Below, one piece after another: positions 1 to 12,533 of a stretch of 64,000 bases of DNA; the stretch's first letter is position 1; each line of letters begins with the position of its first letter. The DNA is taken from positions 19,792,482 to 19,856,481 of the forward strand of contig JAHRHZ010000144.1 of NCBI GenBank assembly GCA_024137785.1. Reading direction: 5' to 3'. The position numbers and the translations under genes were made by a program. The notes under the pieces were generated by a model, which saw nothing but the letters and a program-made list of their open reading frames with translations, had not been told where the DNA came from and searched no databases. This DNA is from Ginglymostoma cirratum (taxonomy: Eukaryota).

Positions 1-164
1 CCCTCTCTCCCTATTTATTTCAGAACCCTCTTCCCCTCCCCCATTTCTGATGAAGGGTTTAGGCCCGAAACGTCAAGTTTTCCTGCTCCTATGATGCTGC
101 TTGACCTGCTGTGTTCATCCAGCCCCATGCTTGTTATCTCAGATTCTCCAGCATCTGCAGTACC
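1..164 (+). mobile_element. PLE-associated short repeat (5'-truncated by the window edge) carrying a hammerhead motif
   Basis: Same sequence family as 53200-53350 and 3175-3304 (cccatttctgaNgaagggt...cccgaaacgtcaa...tcctgctcct...gatgctgc). Confidence 0.7.
43..78 (+). ncRNA. Minimal type-I hammerhead ribozyme motif
   Basis: attt-CTGATGA-a-GGGT ttag GCCC-GAAA-C-GTC-aagt: intact core, stem II, short stem I, predicted cleavage after C74. Confidence 0.6.
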
Positions 165-865
165 TTTTATCTCTTAGAGAAATCTCAGTTGACCAAGATA
201 TCTAGGGCATCTGCAAGCTCCACCACGCCTGAAAAAAACAGAACAGCTCTGCAATCAGGACTTTGGTTTCACTTTTGTAACTCAAACGACTCCAAAGACT
301 GCAACCTGCATTGCCCTTACCTCTTTGTCCGTTCTAGGTACCCCTCCTCCCCAACCTTCCAACTTTTAAACTTATTACTTATGTTTTTTATGAGCATTTG
401 TTATATCTCAGCTTTTTTTTTTTGGCTAATATTCCATGCTGTCATTCAAAAGAAACCCGTGGAATTGAATGACTTTCAATTTATTTGGCCAAGTAAGCTT
501 ATTTGAAGTGTAACAGCAATATGCTAAAAATGTTTAAAAAAAATTTGCTGCGAATGACTGAAGCCGGGTTTAAATACAGGAGAGTGTTGAACACTCCTGA
601 TCTTGTCGTCACACATGGCACTATAAAAGTTATCTATAGTTAACATAGTAAACTTTTATTTTCAGCAATGCATAACAGAAACAGCAGTAGGGCATGCAGC
701 CTTCAAACAACACCTGTGGAGAGAGGAACAGAATTAATTATTTAGACAGACATTAATTCTCTTTCTTTGCAGATGCTAATCAAGCTTGCTGAACAATTCC
801 AGCACTTTGTTTCTATTCCTTATGCATGTCACTGATGCTGCAAAATCTTTTCACGAACTTCCTAC

Positions 866-1021
866 CATCAGAATTGTTGGTATCTTGGTCACTGATAACA
901 GACACTGTGGGAATATTGGGTCCAGCAGACACTTGTTCGGTGCATACATCTGGACAGGAGGGCAACAGAGAATTGGCAGTGTTGGTAGAGTTAGCCGCCA
1001 TGGTGGGCAATAAGCGATCTT
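866..1021 (-). CDS. PIKFYVE: PIKFYVE exon (EDRLLPTMAANSTNT...DQDTNNSD)
   Basis: Acceptor cttgcag, donor G|GTAGGA; 156 nt, phase 1-1; divergent low-complexity linker, so the 3' boundary is less certain. Confidence 0.82.
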
Positions 1022-2131
1022 CTGCAAGACAGAATTTATTTTGATCATACAGTGGTTTCATAAGTTTGAGATCACAAAAGTTGATGCTAAATTTCACTAC
1101 CTATTTAATTGCTGCGAAAATTACTTTTAATAAATGTAAAACTTTAAAAAAATCACCAAAATAAAAGAGTTAAACTTATGCTTACAGATGGTCTATATCA
1201 GATAGCAGTATTTGTTGCATTCAAAAGTTTGTATAATATATATAAAAACTTCACCCTCTTTATAGCAATCATCCCTCTATTACACACGGTGCTTGAGTTG
1301 CAACGTTAATTCTACAATATACAGAATAGAACTTTAATTTCTGATCACATTGAAGATGTGTTGCAAACAAAGTCTTTCAGGCATGGTAGTAGTACAAACA
1401 TTGAGCTGCGAGATGATACATACATTTGAACCCTCAATTCTCCAGTAACAACTAAATAGTCTGTGAAATACCATCTAGCGAAAACAAGGTGGTCCCTGGA
1501 GGGGAATGGCAACCTTGCCTACTTGCAGAACAGAACACTGGACGTCACAGAAGCTGAATCATAAAGGGAGAACTATTCCCCATTTTCCACCCAAAATAAA
1601 CAAAAAAAACTGATGGAGAAAATGAGAGTACAACATTTCAGAAGAAATTTTCTTGACAGATGTACAAATAACTTTCATTAGTTCAGCTGCCAAATATGTT
1701 TGTACTTCAGTATTCCAAAATTAGGTTTCAGGTAATCTTTACTAAACAAAAGCAGGCTAAGAAGTTTATTTGAAATCTCTTTATTTTTCTCTTTGATTTA
1801 CATTGCTTCCAAGATTGGGAAATTGAATTTTAAAAAACGATATAGCTACTAGAACAGAATGCAAGTAAGCTTCATGCAGCTTGAGATCAACTCCTGTAAA
1901 GGAGCAACAAAAGAAAATAAAAACTGCATATACCAGAACCCATGAAGGTGAACAGCTCTGCCATGAGAAAGGCAGAGGCAATCTACAGGGTGATGAGGAG
2001 GCTTTAATCGATTAAGGGCACGAATAGACCACAGTCCAGAATGTGTATTTTAATAGAGATGCTTGGTTTAAGTTTTATCATAATGAAGCACTTTTCATAC
2101 TGATTAGATTTTGAAAAAGACCAAGCCAAAC

Positions 2132-2192
2132 CTTTATCGCCATTTGGTAGCCCTAAAGCTGAACTGCGTGGAGATGTATCCAGTACACTGCT
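2132..2192 (-). CDS. PIKFYVE: PIKFYVE exon (SSVLDTSPRSSALGLPNGDK)
   Basis: Acceptor tttccag, donor G|GTTTGG; 61 nt, phase 0-1; required to bridge the phases of the flanking exons. Confidence 0.88.
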
Positions 2193-3174
2193 CTGGAAAA
2201 GACGTTAATAACACACGATGAAAGAAATGGAAACTAAAAAACATAAAAGTTTGAAAGATCAACAAACGGTCAGATCAACAGTGCATTATGAATATGAGAT
2301 AAGATAGTAGTTTTTAAATTGTCGCTTCCAATTGAACGTAAAACAGCACTTTCTTAAAAAGGCGAATGGTATGCAGCTATGTTGGACTCCATCTGGTTAC
2401 AAGTCAAGTCACATTTACCATTTGAATGGAGGTCCAGGGTATAATTAATTGAAGCCTGCCATTTTCCACACCTGAACAGAAAGAAACAGTCAGCCATCCT
2501 TGCGCTGTGAAGACATGAATTCCCAGGCAGACATGCTGGCAGCAGCCATTACAGGCAACAGGGAAAAATATGTTCCCTACTAGCTACGAGGAAAAATGCT
2601 AATGAATGCTGCCCTCTGGACAAAGCGAAGAAACCAATAGAGATCCAGGGACACTGGAAAGCAATCATGAGGATGGGCTTTACTGCAGGAAGTTGTTTTG
2701 GGAATTTTCACAACTATGGAAAAGGACTTTTGATGGTCACTGAACATTACGATTTGATGAAATGGGGAGAAGTGGAAACAGAGTAGGAGCGACTTTGTAA
2801 AATCTGCAATTTTGCAGAGATGTATATACATGATGCAGTGTTATTGGTTATATTAAGACATTAAAAGAGTTATTACTTCTGTAGTTTAAAGCATTGCTTC
2901 CCAATCCTTTTGCAAACTGTGACTCTGCCTGAAATATTATGGGGGATGGGGGATGAGGGAGTAGACCTGCAAAGAATAGGGAATTGGTGGGGGGAGGGTG
3001 ATGCAGAGCATTTTCTGTCTTTTTATTAGATTTCGTGCACCTGCAATTCTTCATTTTATATTAAAATAAAACAAAATATAAATAATATAAAATGTGTGTC
3101 TCCAATGCAGAAAACAAAGCACTTCTGCTTTGCTGCCAACCACACTTTGGGATCAAGAAAGAAATGAGAAAGAG

Positions 3175-3304
3175 ATAATAGGTACTGCAGATGCTGGATA
3201 ATCCGAGATAACAAGGTGTGGAGCTGGATGAACACGTCAAGCTTTCCTGCTCCTATGATGCTGCTTGGCCTGCTGTGTTCATCCAGCTCCACACCTTGTT
3301 ATCT
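3175..3304. mobile_element. Fold-back mini-element (PLE-tail derived) with 16-bp TSD
   Basis: Perfect 30-bp inverted repeat 3206-3235/3275-3304; flanks aagaaatgagaaagag (3159-3174) and aagaaatgaaaaagag (3305-3320). Confidence 0.8.
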
Positions 3305-3430
3305 AAGAAATGAAAAAGAGTTGGACACTGAAGCACAGAGAATATAAATGAAACTGTAAATGAAATAAAAAGGGGGAAAAGGTTGCAATCATTAGTTGAG
3401 TTAATACAAGTTAGTCAATAAGTTGATTAC

Positions 3431-3521
3431 CTTGGTTTCTTCAGTTGACCTCAATCTACCAGGACTTGGTGGTACTGTTGGTCGTTTCCGACCCTTTTCT
3501 TGTTGAAACAGATCCTGTAGT
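3431..3521 (-). CDS. PIKFYVE: PIKFYVE exon (RLQDLFQQEKGRKRPTVPPSPGRLRSTEETK)
   Basis: Acceptor cttgcag, donor AAG|GTAATC; 91 nt, phase 2-0. Confidence 0.94.
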
Positions 3522-4079
3522 CTGCAAGAAAGGGATTGTGTTTAAAAAAAGTTCATGCTGTACTATAAAATTTATTAGAATCTACTGAGCTATCTAAACA
3601 AGATGAACACCTCGCCCCCCCCGCCCCACAAATTAAAAACAAAAACTGGTCTTATCTGCTCCAATTAGATAGCTGGCAATTAAATATTGTCAATCAATTG
3701 ACTATACAAAACTATATTTGATACAGCTTGTAAATAATAGGCTGTCACTGCTATTTGTTATTCAATAACCACTCTTCTTAACTTTAACTATTTTTAATCA
3801 ACTTGGTCAGTGATGTTAAGACATGTCTTTGAAGCAAGAGAGGATGTGACCCCAGGTCTCTGGCTCAGTGGTAGAGACAGTAAAACTACACCACATGATC
3901 TCGCAAACAATTTCAAACCAAAGCTTCAAGCTGCTTGAATGCAGTACAATGCTCTTTGTTTTTATGAGATATTAACGGTGTTATTTTAACTTTGTATTCT
4001 TATATGTAATGTAAATTATTAAAACCAATTACTTTGAACTAACAAGTATTTGAAGTCATTAGAGTAGCCTCAATCCCAC

Positions 4080-4234
4080 CTGTTATTCCAAGCCTGTAAC
4101 AGCTCACACAAATTCTGTTTCTTGGTAATTAAGCAATCGTCCAAAAATACCAACTGCTGAGGGCTGTCGATGGAGGAGGTCAGCAATCTTGCTTGAGTTT
4201 TTTCAAACCAGTTTAGAAACTCTGCCTCTTCCAT
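4080..4234 (-). CDS. PIKFYVE: PIKFYVE exon (MEEAEFLNWFEKTQARL...LCELLQAWNN)
   Basis: Acceptor gatacag, donor AG|GTGGGA; 155 nt, phase 0-2. Confidence 0.94.
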
Positions 4235-4372
4235 CTGTATCCACAAGGAAAACACATCAGCCTCAAGAAGGAACAAGTTTAATGAGAGGAAAGGGAGCTT
4301 TAAACATTAAACAAAATTTTGAACATTATTTTACATATGCGGTGTTCAAACTGGTTTGAAAAATATAGTTAC

Positions 4373-4481
4373 TTCTTTTTGTGCAAACAAATCTTCAATT
4401 TTTTCTTCTCTTGTTTTGTTGAAGGTATCCGTTTTCAGGGACACCAGGCGATCGTCCACTGCTGAGTAGATTTGTGATACT
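4373..4481 (-). CDS. PIKFYVE: PIKFYVE exon (KVSQIYSAVDDRLVSLKTDTFNKTREEKIEDLFAQKE)
   Basis: Acceptor ttttcag, donor GAA|GTAACT; 109 nt, phase 2-0. Confidence 0.94.
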
Positions 4482-4571
4482 CTGAAAAATAGCCAATATT
4501 CATTAATCACCATCTTTAATCAAATTCTCCATTAAGCAAGAATTTTTTTTGCCAACTGTGTTCAAACTTAC

Positions 4572-4685
4572 TTTTGTGAAAAATCCTTCAAATCCTGAAC
4601 AATCAATTGCTTTGATGGCAATTGAGGTTTGATGTATATTTCTAGTGGGGGAAGGCAAATTTCAAGTATTCTAATGGGGGAAAAG
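4572..4685 (-). CDS. PIKFYVE: PIKFYVE exon (SFSPIRILEICLPP...QDLKDFSQ)
   Basis: Acceptor ctaccag, donor AA|GTAAGT; 114 nt, phase 2-2. Confidence 0.93.
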
Positions 4686-5751
4686 CTGGTAGTAGAAAAA
4701 GTTAACATATTTATCAATCAATAGCAGCAATAATACATTTATCGTAAAAAGTAGTTTCTGAAAATGATGCAAATGAACATGTTTAAGATGCCACTAAGAT
4801 AGCTCAATTAAAAAACAAGAAAAATGAATAAACTGAACACAGAAACATTATTCTGCAATGACGATTAGAAAATTCTAGCCAATGAGTAGAAACGTTTTTG
4901 GTAAAGTGAACATTCCTTGTTAACATTAACAAGGTGGAACCGGGCAAGTTTGGATTTCCTCGTGCCGTTACAATTTCTGACTACAACAAAGCAGTGACTT
5001 TGAGCCCATCCTACTTCATTGTACTCTGCAGCCTTCAATAGATTGCCAAAATAAAAAACTGCAGATACTGAAAATCTGAAGTTGTGAAGAAGGAAAAGTC
5101 TCTGGACTCAAAGCATTAACTCTGCTTTCACTCTGTCAGATGCTATCAGACGTGCCAAGCTGCTCCAGCAATACATTTCGTATGTGTAAGTTGCTCCTGA
5201 AGCTTTTCACAAGGGGCCTTTAGAGATGTTTTGGAAATGAAGGAAGAAGAGTTAAGTTCCCTGAGGCGCAGGACATTGAAGTTAGCTCCAATGTCATCGA
5301 TGACCTCGATATTATATGCTTAACTGACTACATGGCAATCATACTTTGGAGACAATTGAGAAACCATACCAGCTCAGGGTATTAATCATTCTGGATAAAA
5401 GATCTGATGCTTCACAAATACAGCAAGTGATTGACAAAACACATCAAGGAACAAAAATCATGCAGATAAAGATAATCGTAGATAAGACTTAAATGTTATT
5501 CGCTCAAGTGTAACTCTTATATGGATTTAAATAATTTGCTAAATGTGCAATGCTCACAAAATAATTTGCATGAAACTATGACAGGAACATTTCACATCTT
5601 CCATTAAGAATAACCAACTACTCAGCGGTGGATTTATATGGTTTCCTAAACATTAATAAAACTTCTTAGATGAATGTAAACAAAATTTTGATTTAAAGCA
5701 TCGACTATGAGCACAGCATGCTAAAACAGATATGACTAGACTCTTATTTAC

Positions 5752-5930
5752 CTGAATGATGCAACCATTTGATTATAGGAGAAATACTGGTGATAATCAT
5801 GATGCATCGAGTGACCACAAGGCTCTGCATTTGCTCTGCGGGTATACTGATAGCCATAGAATCTTAACTCCAAATACTTGGCAAAGGACATAGACCAAGA
5901 ATCCCCGGACAGCGGAACCACTGGAGTTAC
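5752..5930 (-). CDS. PIKFYVE: PIKFYVE exon (VTPVVPLSGDSWSMSFAKYLELRFY...QMVASF)
   Basis: Acceptor actgcag, donor AG|GTAAAT; 179 nt, phase 0-2. Confidence 0.96.
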
Positions 5931-6059
5931 CTGCAGTAATACACAATACATCACGTACAGTGTAGAAAACAAAATATTTCATCTATTGAATAAACTTTGG
6001 GAGAACACGACTTAACTTTATAAAATGGCTATCGCACGCAAGTGATTATTTTGAAGTAC

Positions 6060-6231
6060 CTGTTTACATATTCTGCACCAAGAGTATGTTAGTATTGTGT
6101 GTTGATAACCAGGAACAGGAGAGTCCAGCTCTTTTAATACAATCTGTACACAACCATTGCCATGCACAAAACGGCGTATATGATGCACCATAGGTGTCTC
6201 ACAGAACATGCTGGGACACTGATAGGAGGGT
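6060..6231 (-). CDS. PIKFYVE: PIKFYVE exon (RPSYQCPSMFCETPMVHHIRRFVHG...SWCRICKQ)
   Basis: Acceptor tttgcag, donor CAG|GTACTT; 172 nt, phase 2-0. Confidence 0.96.
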
Positions 6232-7403
6232 CTGCAAAGAAAAACAGAATATTTAACGTGTAAAATTCCCAATATTTAAAACCATAAAAGGTTTTGATAT
6301 TTATAATTGTATGGCATTTTGGAATTTGTTACTATTTCAAGATCCTTTTCAGTAATTCTGTTGATGTTTTCGTCAAAAGCAAAGTATCTTTGCCCATAAT
6401 TAAATGTTTCAAGAGTGTTCTGTTATGTCGGTTCTTCAAATTATGTACTGCATTATCTACTAGCAAGGATCGCAGTAGGAATTAGTGCAACCTAAGTCAC
6501 CAAATCATGCAAAGCAGTGAGGCAATTAGCAGCAAATCCTTTATCCTATTAAACAAATCCTATAATTAATAAACTTTACATCATGAATCAAATTAAGTAT
6601 TTGTTGTAAATAAATAAGCCACACTATTCATGCCGACTTATCAGCCACAACAAATGCCCAGAGTTTTAGTTACTATTGTCAACCTGTTCAACATGTTATG
6701 ACACACCTGGGAGGTGAGACCTGAACCTGGGCTCCAATGTTTTTTTATACATTGCTCTAGTAACTAATAAGGATACCTTTTGCAAGATTATTTTATGCAC
6801 TTGAAATACTGCAAGTCAGAATCTGCAACTGGTAACCGAAGCCACCAAATAACCTCAATGAACCACCTGTTCTCTCTTACACTTGAACTTGTGACTATAG
6901 ATACAGGCACTATAAAAAAAATTTAAACAGAAAAACTTGGATCAACAAATCAGTTCCTCTACATCAAAACATGATTTTGAATCAGCATAAAGACACAAAC
7001 ATTAGAACAATGGAACCTTACCATAATTTAGCAATAGTTACCAGTCTGATAGACGAAAAAAACTAAGTTTAAAAATGGCTAAATTTGAAATATCAGCTGT
7101 GCAATAAACAGAGGCCTTTGAGAGTAGTGTCTATTGATAGGCAGCTATCATTTGCAGGTCTAAACACCTCACAGTTCTATAGCAACATAAGCTGAAGCAA
7201 TCAAGAAATGCAAAAATAATTAAAACTTTGGTTACAGTTTAAATGGAATTAACAAGATTCTCAAATCCAAAGTGTGGTTTGAATCTATAATGAGTTGGGA
7301 GACCTTGACAACAGACTTTATGTAGAATTTAGCACAAATAAAAATCTGTCAAACCAGTAAAATAATTTTATTCCTGAAAATAATGGAGAATCACCATACT
7401 CAC

Positions 7404-7475
7404 CTAAAGCAGTACCTTTCCAAAAATATTCCCAAAGTCAGATCATTTTTTCCATAAAATTCCATTGTGACAATC
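7404..7475 (-). CDS. PIKFYVE: PIKFYVE exon (WIVTMEFYGKNDLTLGIFLERYCF)
   Basis: Acceptor cttttag, donor AG|GTGAGT; 72 nt, phase 2-2. Confidence 0.95.
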
Positions 7476-9627
7476 CTAAAAGTACAATCAACATTATCAA
7501 TAATTAAACGTATTTGTTTAAAATAAGTTCAGTAATAATCATGCATAGTTAAAATAGTAATTATTTCAATTCATGTCAGAACAATTCATCACATTTTTAA
7601 AATTTTTGGCAATGCCTAACAACGTGGAAGTAAATTATTTCACAGATGGTCTGTACTGGAGACAAATGATTCTCAATGAATTATTTCACTCATGCTCTTT
7701 AGTGTATTGGCAAAAAAAAACATTTCTGTATGGATTTTAGGTTGTAGACAGGAGGAAAACATTTCTTAAATTATTTCAATATTGTGGGATTAAGTCAACC
7801 CAAACGTCATAATATGGATTTGAAAAGGTTACCTATAAAATTGATGAAATGTACAATAACATTAAGAATTTACAAGATTTTTAATTGAAATAAAGTGTTA
7901 CATCAATCAAAAAGCTTGCACATACAATGTGCTATTCATAAACATAAACATTTCATAAAAAAAACATACCGGCAATTGGAAAGATCTCAACCTAGAAAAG
8001 AACATTACCTACTCAGTTTCACCTTTTCATTTAGAAAATTAATAACCCTTGTCTTCTGACATCATAAATTAAGTGTGTTTGCAGGCAAGTTGCACTTTAG
8101 CCACTGCCTCATCAATGTCACCTCTTGTGTGTTGTGGTCATCCTTGAATCAGAAGTCGGGAGACTCAAGTCCTGCTCCAAAGCCTTAAGGACAATAGTGA
8201 ATGGAGTATAATCCTGCTAAGGGTTGCAGCTTTCAGATTAGACCTTAATATATGGCCCAGTGACTTTTCTCTCGTAATTATAAAAGATTCCTTGGCACTA
8301 ATCAAACAGCAGCAAGGATATTTACTCAATGTTCTAGCCAATAACTACTCAATTAATATTGCAGAAAAAATATCAGCTCATTTGTCTCATTACTATTTGT
8401 GCACACTTCATCTGACATTTCGCTCAGATACCAACGTAAATATATTTCATTTGTCGTGAAGCAGCTTGAAACTGAAAAGGACAAATAGATATGCAAGTTC
8501 ATTCTGTAATGCTGCTGCAGAGCAAGCTGTTAACATTTTCTAAAGAAAAATAGCTTACATTTATACTGCGGCTTTAGCATACTAAAATTGCTGAGGTTTG
8601 TATGGCTGTTTTCTCCAATGTCCTTTTAAAGAAGAAATGCCTTCCTCTACTCAGTGTCTCTTGACTGGTTAACAAAGCACAGGAAATGAAAAAGCTAGAA
8701 TGTCACACTTGGATCCAACATGTATTCACTATAAAGTAAATGTCACAGCCCTATTGATATAAAATGCAATATAATTAAATGTACAGCATTAAACCATTCC
8801 ATTACAAGCTATTGCAAAGCCTCTTCTTGTCACCAAACAATAAAGCAAGAGGCTGAGGAAGAACCACCAGCTACAACACCTCTTTGAAGCTGATGGCTAG
8901 TTCAGGATTTAGTCTGTGGTTAGATTAATGACAAAACCCTGAAATTAGTTTTTTTTAGGTACTGCTCTACCACAAGCCCACAACCCACAGCATCAGCAAA
9001 TCACTGAAATTAGCTGATGTGGCACTTATTTCCTCATATTTCACTATCTCAAATGATTATAGGATTCCCTAATTGTTCAATTAGGGGTGACTGGGCATTT
9101 ACTGGTGATAGGATTTGCACCTTTTGTTAATAGATTTGGTACAAAAATATTAATTTGTTAAATACCACTGTCATGATTCCTTGTTAGATTTCTTAAAGAC
9201 CAGTAATTGCAATTTATGCCTTCAAACAATTATTTCCAATCATTGTTTTTCTCTTTATAAATTTCCAAGAGGAATTTAACGTGTGCTTTTCATTTCTTGG
9301 CTAGCTATCTAAGAATTCTTTAGCGAGATTGGTTGCTTGGATAGCACGATGATATCACAGTAGGATCAAGCTGGGAATCCATGCTGATGTATGTGGCAAC
9401 CGACTGCAATGTAGTAGGTAATGGTTCTATGACTAGATCTCTCACTGAGGCTTTATTTAAAGTCATCTGTGAATAGCCATTGTTGCCCTGAAAACAAATT
9501 TCAAAGGTTCTCTTAATTCCATCAACTTTTATGTTATGTATAGTTCGATATTTTGAGCTCAATGAAAATAATTATACAAAATGGCAATGTAGTCAGATAA
9601 TTTGAATGAAACAATACTCAAGAGTAG

Positions 9628-9814
9628 GAGATAGCAAGAACTGCAGAAGCTGGAATCAAAGTCAATACAGTGTGGAGCTGGAGGAACGCAGGAGGTCAGG
9701 CAGCGTCAAAGGAGCAGGAGCATCCTGGTTAAGGGTCCCGAAGCAAAACGCCAACTCTCCTGATCCTCTGACGCTGCCTGACCTGCTGCGTTCCTCCAGC
9801 TCCACATTGTAATG
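9628..9814. mobile_element. Fold-back mini-element with decayed hammerhead centre
   Basis: About 58-bp inverted arms 9663-9720/9757-9814; the centre ctggttaagggtcccgaagcaaaacgcc resembles the ribozyme core. Confidence 0.7.
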
Positions 9815-10309
9815 CTCACGTGTATATGGCGACACAAACATAGCTATCCCTACTTCAGATAATTAGGACAAAATAAAGACAAAATTAAGGGATTTGTGGA
9901 CCTTATTCAAACCGATTATAATTTTCAACTGGCTCCTAGGATTCATTTCATGGAGTATATATCAGATGGTAAGCACTCCATCTTCACACATCTTTACAAA
10001 GACTGAAGTTAGCAATACGTGACTAGTACAAAGTTACCACAAAATTTGTTCTTCCCATGTTGTTATTTACTACAAAATACATATTCAGCAACATACTGCA
10101 TATACAAGGACAGTGTAAACAGCACACTGGATTTTCATGCAAAACAATTATAAACACTAGGCTTCCAAAAACAAATTTATGCATTTTCCGATCTTGGAAC
10201 ATTATCGTAAATATTTTTACTGATTTTAAAAAAAACTAGATAAACTGTATTTGTACTGACAAATGAAGAACGAGGGACAAAAATAAGAGGGGGCACTGGC
10301 AGCATATTT

Positions 10310-10735
10310 AAACAGGAAATAAACATAAACAGGAAATAAACATACACAGGAACAGGAATAGGCCCATTCAGTCCCTCGATTGCCCAAATTCCTTAATATC
10401 TGTGCAGAACAAAAATGTTTCTACCTCATAATTAAAATTAACAACGGATCCTGCATCCGCTGCTATTTGTGGAACAGTTCCAAACATCGATCACCCTTGC
10501 GTCTAGAAGTGTTTCCTAACAACTCTCCTAAATGATCTGCCCCTCATTTTCAGATGATGTCCCTTAGTTCTAGAATCCTCAAATAGTGGAAATAGTTTAT
10601 CTTTATCTACACTGTATTTTTCTGTTAATATCTGGAAACATTCCTCTTAACATTCTAATTCCTGGAGAAGACAACCCAAATTTGGATAGTCTCACCTCAT
10701 AACTCAACTCCTTAAGTCCAGGTATCACACAACCA
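10310..10735 (-). mobile_element. CR1-type LINE 3' fragment
   Basis: Decayed GLKELSYEVRLSKFGL C-terminal CR1 ORF2 peptide; short tandem aacaggaaat tail. Confidence 0.7.
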
Positions 10736-10812
10736 GTGTAGAGTTCAAATTTACAGCAAGTTTTCCGAAAAAATTTAAGACTAAATAAAGTGAAAGCAAA
10801 ATGTTTACTCAC

Positions 10813-10913
10813 CACGGACTAACACATGGATTTGGTGCATTGCTTGACTGAACAGAGGAACTACTGAAGAGAACACAAAGCTTCTGATGATTTGCAGGGC
10901 TCAAACAGTCCAC
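10813..10913 (-). CDS. PIKFYVE: PIKFYVE exon (VDCLSPANHQKLCVLFSSSS...PCVSP)
   Basis: Poly-T tract with ttccaag acceptor, donor TG|GTGAGT; 101 nt, phase 0-2. Confidence 0.94.
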
Positions 10914-12533
10914 CTTGGAATCAAAAAAAAAAATACACCTGACAAACACATTCCGACTAACAGTCAAAAACGCTGCATTCATTCCTATGGTTTATGCAGA
11001 CAAAAGCATCATGCTCACACACCAGTGATTGACTCAGTACTCAAGCTTGCCATTGTTTGTACGACTTTTGGGTCCACATGTTCACCCAGTGGATTCCTCA
11101 ACCAATAAAAACCTGAATGACAAAGTCATGATTACTTCACCGTCAAGTCAGTCATCAGAGAAGCTAAAAATTAATTTACCCGATTTCTGTTATAAAATTT
11201 TAAGTTTTTTTTAATTCATCTGTGGGACGTGGGCATTGTTGGCTGGACAGCATTTATTGCCCAGCCCCAGCGGTCCTTGAGAAAAGTGGCAGCGAGTTGC
11301 CTTCTTGAACCACTGCATTCCATGTGCTGTGGGTGGACGCACAATACCATCAGGGAAGGAATTCCAAGATTTTAACCCAGCAAAGAGACAGATGTATTTG
11401 TAAGTAAGCATGTTGAGTGGTTAGGAGGGGAACTTGCAGGTGGTGGTTTTCCCATGTATCTGCTGTTCTTGTCCTTCGAGATGGAAGTGCTCGCAGGTTT
11501 GGAAGGTGCTGTCTAAAGATCTTTGGTGAATTGCTGCAGTGCATCTTGTAAATAGCACACACTGTTGCTACTGACTGTCAGTGGTGGGAAACTGTGGATG
11601 TGATGTCAATCGAGCAGGCTGCTTTGTCCTGGATGGTGTCAAGCTTTGAGTGTTGTTGGAGCTGCTCCCATCCACGCAAGTGGGCAGTATTCCTTCACAC
11701 TCTTGACTTGTGCCTTGTTGATGATGGGCAGGCTTTGGGGAGTCAGGAGACATGTTACCCGTTGCACACTTCCTAGCCTCTGACCTGTTGTGGAAGACAT
11801 TGTCTTTATGTGGCCAGTCAAGTTGAGTTTCTGGTCAGTGTTAACCAAAGGATGTTGATAGTGGAGAATAGTGGTAAATTCAGTGATGATAATACCATTG
11901 AATGACAAAGGACGATGGTTAGGTTGTTAGAGACAAGAGCTGGCTTTTGTGTGACACAATTGTTACTTGCCTCTTATCAACCCAAGCCCAGATATTGTCC
12001 AGATCTTGTTGCATTTGAACATGGACTGCTTCAGTATGGAGTTGTCGCAAATAGTGCTGAATTATTCTATAATCATTGGCGAACATCCTCACTTCTGTCC
12101 TTACGATGGAGAGAAGGTCATTGATGAGGCAGCTGAAGATGGTGATGCCCAAGAAACGATCCTGACGAACTCCTGCAGCCAAGATGACTGACTTTCAACA
12201 ACCACAACCATCTTTCTATCTGCGAGAAATGACTCCAACCAGGGGAGATATCCAATGATTCCAGTTTTGCTAAGGCCCCCCGGATGCCACACTTGGCTGA
12301 ATGTGGCCTTGATGTCAAGAGCTGTCATGCTCACCCCATCTCTGGAATGCAGGTCTTTTGGCCATCTTTAAAACAAGGGTATAACAAGGTCGGCAGTTGG
12401 GTGGCCCTGGCAGAACCCAAACTGTGCATCACTAAGTAGGTTATTGCTGAGCAGGAGCTGCTTGATAACACTGTTGATGACACCTGTTGATTGAGAGTAG
12501 ACTGACAGGGAAGTAACTGATGAAGTTGGATTT

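Noticed and set aside
163-228. Acceptor-like tttttttcag as the next PIKFYVE exon
   Set aside because: It has an in-frame stop after about 14 codons and does not resemble the expected downstream sequence; the next exon is outside the window.
1472-1553. Exon-like segment with AG and GT signals
   Set aside because: It is 82 nt with stops in all three frames, and the flanking exons already join in phase.
1781-1893. Good acceptor followed by an open frame (GVDLKLHEAY...)
   Set aside because: There is no phase-compatible donor and no recognisable PIKfyve homology.
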